A stretch of 64,000 bases of DNA from positions 3,801-67,800 of the forward strand of contig JBAZCI010000002.1 of the NCBI GenBank assembly GCA_041671025.1. Reading direction: 5' to 3'. The notes under the pieces are model-generated. The model searched no databases and was not told the DNA's origin. It saw only the letters and a program-made list of their open reading frames with translations. Each line of letters starts with the position of its first letter. Position 1 is the first letter of the stretch. Of this stretch, positions 18,867-26,236 are shown in pieces. The position numbers were made by a program, and so were the translations under genes. Origin of the DNA: Patescibacteria group bacterium (lineage in GTDB: Bacteria > Patescibacteriota > Patescibacteriia > UBA10025).

Positions 18867-19681
18867 GCGCGTACTGTGTTATCGAGTAACATGGCGACGG
18901 TCATGGGACCGACTCCTCCAGGCACGGGCGTCACCCATCCCGAACGGGCCGCTACCGATGCCGCATCGACATCTCCGTGGACACGTCCATCATCTCCACG
19001 GGTAAATCCCACGTCGATAAGAACGACTCCGTCTTTTAGCTCATTTCCTGTGATAAATCCCGGTTTGCCTACCGCAACGATAACCAAATCAGCGACGGCG
19101 AGAATGCGTACCTTGTCTGTAAACGGCGGCAGGGAAAAATCAACGGTCATTCCCCGCTGGTGTAAAACAGCGGCAAGCGGCTGAACAAATGTTTTACTGT
19201 TCACGATGAGAGCGGCTTTTTTACCTGCGAATTCGAACCGGCTCGATTCAACTAAATGCATAATACTGCGAATCAAACTGGGCATCAACTGCGCACGACC
19301 TTCCTCGACCAGACGAACATTATCCGGATGAAAACCGTCCACGTCCTTTTCAGGGGCAATCGATGCGATAATATCATCAGTAGGTAAACCAGCAGGAAGC
19401 GGAAGCTGGACGACAATGCCGTGAATATCTTCCCGTTCATTCAGCGAATGAATATGCTCGATTACTTCACGGGCAGAAACGTTCGCCGGGAATATTTTCT
19501 TTTCAAAATGGATGCCGACTTCACCGGCGGTCTGCTCTTTTAAACGAACATACGTATGCGACGCAGGATCATCGCCCGCCAGGACAATAGCTAATCCGGG
19601 AATACGAAACATGTTCGAAACCTTTTCTTTCATTCCGACCATAAGCTCGCGAGCGAGCGTTTTGCCATTGAGCGCATTCAT
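18845..19681 (-). CDS. folD: Bifunctional methylenetetrahydrofolate dehydrogenase / methenyl-THF cyclohydrolase
   Basis: 278 aa with YVRLKEQTAGEVGI, GIVVQLPLP and PVPGGVGPMTVAMLL motifs. Confidence 0.92.
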   Translation of the reverse strand: MNALNGKTLARELMVGMKEKVSNMFRIPGLAIVLAGDDPASHTYVRLKEQTAGEVGIHFEKKIFPANVSAREVIEHIHSLNEREDIHGIVVQLPLPAGLPTDDIIASIAPEKDVDGFHPDNVRLVEEGRAQLMPSLIRSIMHLVESSRFEFAGKKAALIVNSKTFVQPLAAVLHQRGMTVDFSLPPFTDKVRILAVADLVIVAVGKPGFITGNELKDGVVLIDVGFTRGDDGRVHGDVDAASVAARSGWVTPVPGGVGPMTVAMLLDNTVRACQIQNA

Positions 19682-20967
19682 AGCTCCGGATAGAGCGGGT
19701 GCGCCTGGGTCAATTCACGGATCTTCTCCCGAACTTCCCGGTGAAAGTCGGCGTTATCCGGTGATTTCAACGTGTCGGCAATCAGCTTCCCTATCACTCG
19801 CATTTCGGCCGGAGTAAACCCGCGGGTGGTCAATGCCGGCGTCCCCAGTCGGATACCCGACGGATCAAGCGGCTTACGTGAATCAAACGGGATCAAATTT
19901 TTATTTACGGTTATCCCTACGCTGTCGAGCAGGGCTTCAGCCTGCTTGCCGACAATGTTGAGATCGGTCAAATCGGCAAGCACCAAATGATTATCCGTGC
20001 CGTTCGTGATGAGCTTGATGCCATGCTCCATCATCGATTCCGCAAGCGCAGCCGCATTCGTCTGAATAGCTTTACCGTATTCGATGAACGCGGGTTGTGC
20101 GGCCTCCCCGAGACTTACCGCAATGGCGGCGGTCTGATGGTTGTGCGGCCCGCCCTGGAGCCCGGGAATAATCGCGCTGTCGATGCGGTCTCCGAGGTCT
20201 TTTTTGGATTCAGGGTGCTGTACGTCCTTGAGTCGATCTGCCCGTTTGGGGGCCAAAATCATGGCTCCACGAGGCCCCCGGAGCGTTTTGTGTGTCGTTG
20301 TCATGATGACATCTGCATGCGGCACAGGTGACGGATGCACGCCCGCGATGACCAACCCAGTAATATGCGACATGTCTACAAGGAGATACGCCCCAACTTC
20401 GTCTGCAATGTCCCGAAATTTTTTGAAATCAATCAGCCGCGGATATGCCGTCGCTCCTGCGATAATCATCTTGGGCTTTTCAGTCAGCGCAATTGCGCGG
20501 ATGGCATCATAATCGAGACGATGCGTCTGCATGTCGACGCCATACGATACGGCGCGAAAAAAAATCCCGGAAAAATTTAATTTATACCCGTGTGTCAAAT
20601 GCCCGCCCTGGGCGAGATCCATGCCGAGCACCGTATCACCGGGCTTCAACAACGCAAAATAAACGGCTTGATTTGCCGGCGAACCTGAATAGGGCTGGAC
20701 ATTGGCGAATTCCACATCGAATAATTTCTTTGCCCGATCGCGGGCAAGATTTTCGATATCATCAATATGCTCGTTGCCGCCGTAGTATCGACGTCCGGGG
20801 TAGCCTTCCGAATATTTATTCGTCAGCACGGACCCCATCGCTTCCATCACGGCAAGGCTCGTAAAGTTCTCCGACGGAATCATTTCAAGAACATTCCGCT
20901 GGCGTTCAAGTTCGCTACGGACCATCTTAAACAATTCAGGATCCTGGCGTTCGATAGTGTGTGTCAT
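19678..20967 (-). CDS. glyA: Serine hydroxymethyltransferase
   Basis: VLTNKYSEGYPGRRYYGG and the PLP-lysine context TTTHKTLRGPRG. Its stop overlaps the folD start (ATGA). Confidence 0.95.
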   Translation of the reverse strand: MTHTIERQDPELFKMVRSELERQRNVLEMIPSENFTSLAVMEAMGSVLTNKYSEGYPGRRYYGGNEHIDDIENLARDRAKKLFDVEFANVQPYSGSPANQAVYFALLKPGDTVLGMDLAQGGHLTHGYKLNFSGIFFRAVSYGVDMQTHRLDYDAIRAIALTEKPKMIIAGATAYPRLIDFKKFRDIADEVGAYLLVDMSHITGLVIAGVHPSPVPHADVIMTTTHKTLRGPRGAMILAPKRADRLKDVQHPESKKDLGDRIDSAIIPGLQGGPHNHQTAAIAVSLGEAAQPAFIEYGKAIQTNAAALAESMMEHGIKLITNGTDNHLVLADLTDLNIVGKQAEALLDSVGITVNKNLIPFDSRKPLDPSGIRLGTPALTTRGFTPAEMRVIGKLIADTLKSPDNADFHREVREKIRELTQAHPLYPEL

Positions 20968-21072
20968 AGGTGTATTGTAGGATAAAAAGTGAGGTTACGC
21001 AAAAATAAAAACAAACGCAACATCGCGATACTCGCGTGATGCCGTATACAAATTGTGTTCAGTTACACCATG

Positions 21073-21456
21073 TTATATTCCTTCAGCAAGACACTCGTCA
21101 ATAATCGGCTTGATGTTCGGCGCAATGTCAGCCGGGAGATGGTGGATATCAAGCCATGCCCACTCGCGAATATCGGCGGCCGGCTTCACCTCGCCGATAC
21201 GTTTTGCCAGGAAATGGATCAGCACGACAACATCGTCGCCCTTCTTGGTCAGCAGAGTGCTCAACGGTTTGATAATTTCAATATCGATATTCATTTCTTC
21301 CTTCGCTTCCCGTTTCGCATGTGCGCGCACATCCAGCTCAGCAAAATCATCGACCTTACCGCCCGGGAATTTCCAAAAATCCGTATCCCCGTGTTTATTC
21401 ACGAGCACCTTGTTATCTTCAATAATAACCGGCCCTGCGGCAATAATGATATTCAT
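21073..21456 (-). CDS. NUDIX hydrolase (MutT-like, small)
   Basis: 127 aa. Nudix box GGKVDDFAELDVRAHAKREAKEEMNI. Confidence 0.8.
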   Translation of the reverse strand: MNIIIAAGPVIIEDNKVLVNKHGDTDFWKFPGGKVDDFAELDVRAHAKREAKEEMNIDIEIIKPLSTLLTKKGDDVVVLIHFLAKRIGEVKPAADIREWAWLDIHHLPADIAPNIKPIIDECLAEGI

Positions 21457-21548
21457 AGTATGTACTGTATCGTAGCGAAATGGCGGGGAGTGTCAAATAC
21501 AATGTGTTTTCGCGGCATGGGAAAGGTGTATTTTCCGTAATAATCACA

Positions 21549-21570
21549 GCGCAGGCTTCCACGCCTGCGC
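21549..21570. repeat. GC-rich hairpin, GCGCAGGC...GCCTGCGC
   Basis: GCGCAGGC-ttccac-GCCTGCGC. Related to 18185-18200. Confidence 0.6.
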
Positions 21571-21588
21571 TCGCTGATATTATGTCAC

Positions 21589-21610
21589 GCGCACCCACGG
21601 CGGGGTGCGC
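21589..21610. repeat. GC-rich hairpin, GCGCACCC...GGGTGCGC family
   Basis: GCGCACCC-acggcg-GGGTGCGC followed by TTGG, the same tail as the copy at 9530. Confidence 0.7.
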
Positions 21611-21648
21611 TTGGAGGTATTAATTTGACCTATCCTTTCATTTTTTCT

Positions 21649-21676
21649 TGTCACCCTGAATTCATTTCAGGGTCTC
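21649..21676. repeat. Short palindromic element, GAGA(T/C)...(A/G)TGACA family (copy 2)
   Basis: TGTCACCCTGAA-ttcat-TTCAGGGTCTC. It is preceded by TTTTTTCT, as is copy 1. Confidence 0.7.
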
Positions 21677-21714
21677 ATTACCTATTTTTTGCTCATACTC
21701 CCATAACGGATAAT

Positions 21715-21742
21715 GAGATTCCGAAACAAGTTCGGAATGACA
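21715..21742. repeat. Short palindromic element, GAGAT...ATGACA family (copy 3, opposite orientation)
   Basis: GAGATTCCGAA-acaag-TTCGGAATGACA. Confidence 0.7.
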
Positions 21743-21761
21743 CATGTGTAAGCGTACCCCA

Positions 21762-21789
21762 TTGACACCCAGGTAAAAACTGCTAAGAT
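21762..21789 (+). promoter_or_regulatory. Sigma-70-like promoter for the 21886 gene
   Basis: TTGACA, 16-nt spacer, TAAGAT. The architecture is identical to the promoter at 22605. The leader contains the hairpin CTGCTAAC-acggta-GTTAGCAG. Confidence 0.55.
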
Positions 21790-21885
21790 ACGGGAAACTT
21801 CATTTCTCTGAAATTGTACATAATAACCCTGCTAACACGGTAGTTAGCAGATATACACAAACCACTTATTAAAGGAGTACAGATC

Positions 21886-22518
21886 ATGCTGAAGATCAAA
21901 GTTATTCGCGTTGAAATGGGAAAAATGGTTAGTCCCGCCGTCATGGTCGAGGTTGAAGAAAAAAAGTCGTACACCGACGTGATGGAAACTGCCGGCATCG
22001 TATTTGATGCAAACACCATGTCCCTCCTATTTGCCCACCCGGATGACAGCGAGTTGAATTTTGTCGGAGCAGACTGTGAAGCCGAGGATGGTGAAACAAT
22101 TTGTATATACGACAAAGCTCTTTTCACCCCCGCCGCTCCGGCCGACGAGAAAGTCGAAGCTGCTCCGACCGATGTTGGCGCTGGCACGGTGGCAGAAGCT
22201 GCTCCGGCAGATGCCGCAGTAGTCGCCGCCGACCAGGACGAAGCCTCTGTTGCTGAAGATGCCGGTGCAGTCACGGACCCCCCGACCGACGAAGTTGTCG
22301 CCAAAGCCGACGAGGCAGTAGCCGATGACACTGCCGCAGCTGCCACTCTGGCAAACGACAACGCTGTCGCTACTCCGACCGACGAAGTTGCCGCCAAAGC
22401 CGATGACACAAGCGAAGCTGCTACACCGTCCAACGAAGTTGCTGGCGATGGCAACAGACCGACCGGGGACGCGACTGAGGAACAGTCGGATATCTCAGTA
22501 GGACACGAGAAGGTCTAA
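21886..22518 (+). CDS. Hypothetical protein: an 80-aa N-terminal globular domain plus an acidic Ala/Asp/Glu/Thr/Val-rich repetitive tail
   Basis: SD AAGGAG lies 8 nt upstream. The tail contains the repeats PTDEVVAKADEAVADD and PTDEVAAKADDTSEA. A strong terminator follows. Confidence 0.65.
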   Translation: MLKIKVIRVEMGKMVSPAVMVEVEEKKSYTDVMETAGIVFDANTMSLLFAHPDDSELNFVGADCEAEDGETICIYDKALFTPAAPADEKVEAAPTDVGAGTVAEAAPADAAVVAADQDEASVAEDAGAVTDPPTDEVVAKADEAVADDTAAAATLANDNAVATPTDEVAAKADDTSEAATPSNEVAGDGNRPTGDATEEQSDISVGHEKV

Positions 22519-22546
22519 CTCCCGCCCCCGTTTACCCGGCGCTCAT

Positions 22547-22579
22547 GGTGCATGAATTCGTTCATGCACCGTTTTTTTT
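22547..22579 (+). terminator. Rho-independent terminator
   Basis: GGTGCATGAA-ttcg-TTCATGCACC, then G and T8. Confidence 0.85.
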
Positions 22580-22604
22580 GAATTGGCAAAAAGTGCCCCC
22601 GACG

Positions 22605-22632
22605 TTGACAATCCAAAAAAGTATGTTAAGAT
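22605..22632 (+). promoter_or_regulatory. Sigma-70-like promoter for the 22695 gene
   Basis: TTGACA, 16-nt spacer, TAAGAT. Confidence 0.6.
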
Positions 22633-22694
22633 GACGGACCGTTTCAAAAATCGAACTACTTAAAAACAGTAACATACATGTAAGGAGGCTGTTC

Positions 22695-23174
22695 ATGCCT
22701 AAACGTTTTTATGACCGTGGTCATTACTTCGAGGAAACGATTGATAAGATCATGGCAAGCGTTTTTATTTGCCTGTGCATCATCACCGGCTGGATGTACC
22801 TTTCCACCACCTACACCCTGACGTGGTACGAAGGATTACTACCCGAGCTTGGACTCCTGACGGTGTTAACACTCAAGGGCATGGTGATCATTCTCCAGTG
22901 GCTTGAACAACGCCTTGTTCCGAACTTCATCAGAGAGAGATTTTCCTGGAGAATTCGAACAAGCGCGCGCTTCGACAAATCTGGAAAGGTTGTTTCCTCA
23001 ACATCCTATGTTCTCGACACACCTGCCTGGTGGACCCCGGTATTGAGCGACCTGACATATGCTCTCGTTCCTTTTAAAACGATTCTTGGAAGAAAGACGA
23101 CCAGCCGTCATCTCATCGGATACTGGAAGTCAGGTTACCAGCCGGGACCTCTCGAACGGTTGTTCAAATTATAA
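22695..23174 (+). CDS. Hypothetical membrane protein (two TM)
   Basis: SD AAGGAGG lies 7 nt upstream. TM segments IMASVFICLCIITGWMYL and LGLLTVLTLKGMVIILQWL. Confidence 0.6.
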   Translation: MPKRFYDRGHYFEETIDKIMASVFICLCIITGWMYLSTTYTLTWYEGLLPELGLLTVLTLKGMVIILQWLEQRLVPNFIRERFSWRIRTSARFDKSGKVVSSTSYVLDTPAWWTPVLSDLTYALVPFKTILGRKTTSRHLIGYWKSGYQPGPLERLFKL

Positions 23175-23182
23175 TATTCATG

Positions 23183-23213
23183 AGGTTGTTAGCGGGAACA
23201 ACCTCTTTTTTTG
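23183..23213 (+). terminator. Rho-independent terminator
   Basis: GAGGTTGTT-agcggg-AACAACCTC followed by T7. Confidence 0.85.
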
Positions 23214-23239
23214 TATAAAAAAAGGATCTCCATAGATCC

Positions 23240-23677
23240 TTATTTACTGCCTAACAATTCATACCCTGCAGGTATAATGTATGCATCAGTAGGAGGCGGA
23301 GCATCATTAATTTCAAGAATCTCCTCCCTCCCGACGAGTCCCGTATTCGCCATACGCATAATAATCAACACCGGCAACCCCAGCTCAAGCAATGGAGCAA
23401 CCTCATCCTCCTCCCAGAACTGCATTGCCCGTGAGCGTATGAGCAACTCATCAGCTTCAATCCCGTCTGCAATCCACACTTCATATTCCAGCGGCTTGTT
23501 CTCGCTTACCCGCTTCCAGCGATATTCACGACAGAAAAATCCATTGACCACACTGTCACGACCACTCCACCCGGCTTCAACAGGGGAAGAGTTTTCAATG
23601 ATCGCGAGACCTGCGCTCAGATCAAGAGAATTTTCTTCTTTATCTGCTCCAGAAGCGAGAGATGGATTCGCAAACAT
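23240..23677 (-). CDS. Hypothetical protein, in the same frame as the upstream 84-aa ORF and separated from it by a single TAA
   Basis: 145-aa ORF. The 23 codons upstream of its ATG are open and run directly into the TAA at 23749-23747. Weak SD. The antisense 163-aa ORF is Ser-rich and was rejected. Confidence 0.5.
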   Translation of the reverse strand: MFANPSLASGADKEENSLDLSAGLAIIENSSPVEAGWSGRDSVVNGFFCREYRWKRVSENKPLEYEVWIADGIEADELLIRSRAMQFWEEDEVAPLLELGLPVLIIMRMANTGLVGREEILEINDAPPPTDAYIIPAGYELLGSK

Positions 23678-23746
23678 GCTCTGCTCAGGATCATACTTCT
23701 GATATGTCCAGAAATCTGGAAACTTCTTGTACCAGAGGGACGAATC

Positions 23747-24001
23747 TTAAAAGTAAACCGTAGCCTCATTCAGCCCGTCAATCTGTACACGGCAGAGAGT
23801 CCTGTCGATCCAGATTTCCGATTCTTGCGAAGCTATATTGCTGGCAAGCTGTATGAGCGGCTTCAGGCTGTCCGGAAGCTGTGCCAACATGCTGTCGGAC
23901 ACAACGATTCCCATATGAAATCGTGCGCGTACCAGTGTGTCTGCCTGGGCACATCCGCACCAAGCCATCACCGCGACCAATAAAAGAGTTTTGAGGTACA
24001 T
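23747..24001 (-). CDS. Hypothetical small secreted protein or lipoprotein
   Basis: Signal-like N-terminus MYLKTLLLVAVMAWCGCAQAD. 84 aa. Confidence 0.5.
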   Translation of the reverse strand: MYLKTLLLVAVMAWCGCAQADTLVRARFHMGIVVSDSMLAQLPDSLKPLIQLASNIASQESEIWIDRTLCRVQIDGLNEATVYF

Positions 24002-24166
24002 TATTTCCTCCTACACCTCATGTTTGTTTTGGAACGTTTTGAACTACCGATAGTATTTTGCCCAATAGTAGCAATTCAGAAACCAAAAGTCAAAAGAATA
24101 TAGTTAAAAGTAATAAAAAAGAGGGCTGTGAATTACAGTCCTCGAATTGTCGAACCTCAAATAGCA

Positions 24167-24931
24167 TTATACTGCGAAGCGGGGTTTTGGACCGCGCCCG
24201 GGGCGATACTCACCGGTACGCAGGTTGAAATAAGCGCCCGGATACACAAGAATCATTACCTGCTCTTGATCAGTGCTGGACTCCAGTCCACGAGCTTCGT
24301 CAGGCGTAATTTTTTGAGGCTCCCGCCCGCCTCCCCGATACAGCTCCAGACCATGCCGTTGCGCCAGATCAATCGCGATCTGATAACTCACATACTCTAT
24401 CAGGCCTTTACCTTTTTGAATCGTAAATTCCTCGGGAGGAATATCAACGCCGATATAGCGTAATGTAGCCAATGCAGTCGGCGGGAACGTGAGAACACGA
24501 CATAATCCTTTCACAAAAACGTTATGCGGATTAACGAACTTGGAGCTAAACACCGACGCAATCAATTCATTCTCAAAATATCCATGACGTGATCTAAATT
24601 GTGCGTCCAATGCACTAACACCCCCTTCCAATGAGCCGTACAAAAATACAACGCTGTCGATACATTCATCTTTGAGAACGTGTTCTTGCCGCAAATAAAA
24701 AACGATATCACTCGACAAATGCGGTAAGGTACTCCGTAAAAATTCGTCGATAGAATCGACCGGCATCGACACGAGCTGATCAAGCATCGGATACGAATAC
24801 TCCATCATCGTTGACAGAGGCGCCACGTCATCGACGACATTAACAGCCTCTACTTCATCTTTGCTGCTACATGACAGTGCCAGCAAAAAAATAGTCAACA
24901 CCAACCCAATGAACAAAACGCGCTTTTTCAT
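24167..24931 (-). CDS. Hypothetical lipoprotein
   Basis: Lipobox-type N-terminus MKKRVLFIGLVLTIFLLALSCSSK. 254 aa, no family recognised. Confidence 0.65.
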   Translation of the reverse strand: MKKRVLFIGLVLTIFLLALSCSSKDEVEAVNVVDDVAPLSTMMEYSYPMLDQLVSMPVDSIDEFLRSTLPHLSSDIVFYLRQEHVLKDECIDSVVFLYGSLEGGVSALDAQFRSRHGYFENELIASVFSSKFVNPHNVFVKGLCRVLTFPPTALATLRYIGVDIPPEEFTIQKGKGLIEYVSYQIAIDLAQRHGLELYRGGGREPQKITPDEARGLESSTDQEQVMILVYPGAYFNLRTGEYRPGRGPKPRFAV

Positions 24932-25068
24932 GCGCTACTCCTTTGTGTTATGAAAGAACGATTTCGCGATACAACCGTACTTTCTGTGAACACATTTCTT
25001 TCCTTATCGCGATAGGGATTTTTAACACACATATATACCCGATGTCAATGACAGGGTATGAAAAACTC

Positions 25069-25086
25069 CGCACCCTAAAGGGTGCG
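25069..25086. repeat. GC-rich hairpin, GCACCCT...AGGGTGC family
   Basis: CGCACCCT-aa-AGGGTGCG. Confidence 0.65.
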
Positions 25087-25157
25087 CTTTCATACTATTT
25101 ACCGTCCCAATACCTACTACTCTCTTCTTCCTACCTACCTACTTCCTACACACTACG

Positions 25158-25205
25158 GGATCCCTCACCTTCGGTCGTCAAAGGGGCCTCGGGTTCGGGA
25201 TGGTG
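25158..25205. repeat. Conserved imperfect hairpin motif, copy A
   Basis: GGATCCCTCACC-(22 nt)-GGTTCGGGATGGTG. The flanks match copy B at 40332-40387. ATCCC/GGGAT and ACC/GGT pair around a UC/UC internal loop, and the apical stem differs between copies (GGTC/GGCC here). Confidence 0.6.
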
Positions 25206-25302
25206 CTTCTGCGCCACCTTCACCATATATGTATTCTCCTGCCGACAGCCAAGTTGTAACTACCGCCATCGGAAATTATCTATACCAATAAAAATTTTTA
25301 AC

Positions 25303-25338
25303 AAAAAAACCGTCAAAAAACATATTGACTTCTGACGG
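25303..25338 (-). terminator. Rho-independent terminator of the nucleotidyltransferase gene
   Basis: CCGTCA (25310-25315) / TGACGG (25333-25338). On the minus strand the hairpin is followed by T7 (25309-25303). Confidence 0.7.
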
Positions 25339-25361
25339 TCAAAAACGGTGCGAAACCGCAG

Positions 25362-25940
25362 CTACCTTAAATCGGTAAGATCTGTGTTGTATTTCCGCTC
25401 AAGCTCTTCAATGGTAACTCGTACAAATGATCGAGACGCTTGATCAAACCTCATTATTACGGAAAAACAATTCTTAAAGAATTGTGGATCCTTATGCCGA
25501 GACCCCATCGCAAAGCGAAAATCTTTGTCCAGCAACACACTAAGCGGTAAAACGTGAAGGTCGACATGGAAATTGCACAATTTCCGTCCTTCCTGCTCCT
25601 GATATCCGAGTCGACTCAAAAGTGCTGCGAGATTACCGGACAAATGCTCATACCACGATTCAAAACCGCGAGGCGGTTCAAAGTGTCGTGAGTAGTACGT
25701 ATTGTCTATGACCATGAGATCAACGTCATGGACATCTCGAACATTCGTATCTGCCGTAGAACCGAAAAGGAATATTTCATATATCTCCGGCGCGACCCCC
25801 GAATTCGGACCGGTATGTAAATCCGATTCTGCCGACATATGTTCCGCCCCCTTGATAATACGATCTGCAAAGTACTCCGCCAGGCCCAATGCGTCTTGTC
25901 TTTTGAGGGCCAATGCGGTACTTGGTAATTCTTTTTGCAT
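25362..25940 (-). CDS. Pol-beta-superfamily nucleotidyltransferase domain protein (stand-alone)
   Basis: Minimal NTase signature IFLFGSTADTNVRDVHDVDLMVID (G-S ... D-x-D). 192 aa. It has its own TTGACG-16-TAAACT promoter and its own terminator. Confidence 0.7.
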   Translation of the reverse strand: MQKELPSTALALKRQDALGLAEYFADRIIKGAEHMSAESDLHTGPNSGVAPEIYEIFLFGSTADTNVRDVHDVDLMVIDNTYYSRHFEPPRGFESWYEHLSGNLAALLSRLGYQEQEGRKLCNFHVDLHVLPLSVLLDKDFRFAMGSRHKDPQFFKNCFSVIMRFDQASRSFVRVTIEELERKYNTDLTDLR

Positions 25941-26236
25941 TAACTACCTCGCTAACCTTAACCGCGTACATGCGCGGTGTTATGTGAAAGAGCGATTACT
26001 CCTATTCTCTCTTCATGTATTGGATTTTTAGTTTACATCAAAAATACCACACGTCAAGAAAAAGAAGGACCAAAAATCCTCGTACCGTATCGTTCGATGC
26101 CCTGACCATTCGGCACTGAAACTACCCTCGGCCTGTCTTCGATCCTGAGGTCTCAGACCGAAGGGAACTCGGGACAAAGGCATGACAGGAGGATGCGCGT
26201 GCTTATTACATGCTTTCGCCGGCGCAGAGTCCTGCT

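Noticed and set aside
21783-22454. 223-aa minus-strand ORF rich in Ala/Ser/Thr.
   Set aside because: It is the mirror image of the acidic repetitive tail of the plus-strand gene 21886..22518, which has a strong SD, promoter and terminator. GCN/GAN repeats read as Ala/Ser on the opposite strand.
23211-23702. 163-aa plus-strand ORF overlapping 23240..23677.
   Set aside because: It is Ser-rich and low-complexity. It begins inside the terminator of the previous gene and has no SD. The minus-strand frame gives a more protein-like sequence and fits the co-directional cluster.
24943-25335. 130-aa and 69-aa plus-strand ORFs in the orphan intergenic region.
   Set aside because: Composition is dominated by the G-free pyrimidine tract (Leu/Pro/Ser/Tyr runs). 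They have no SD, they run through hairpins and a terminator, and they overlap a likely gene remnant on the other strand.
26150-26195. Resemblance of GACCGAAGGGAACUCGGGACAAAGGC to part of a glycine riboswitch aptamer.
   Set aside because: The GGAGAG and ACCGAAGGGGCAA/CUCAGGCAAAAGGAC core blocks are not all present. No plus-strand gene lies downstream, because the region is the 3' flank of a minus-strand gene.
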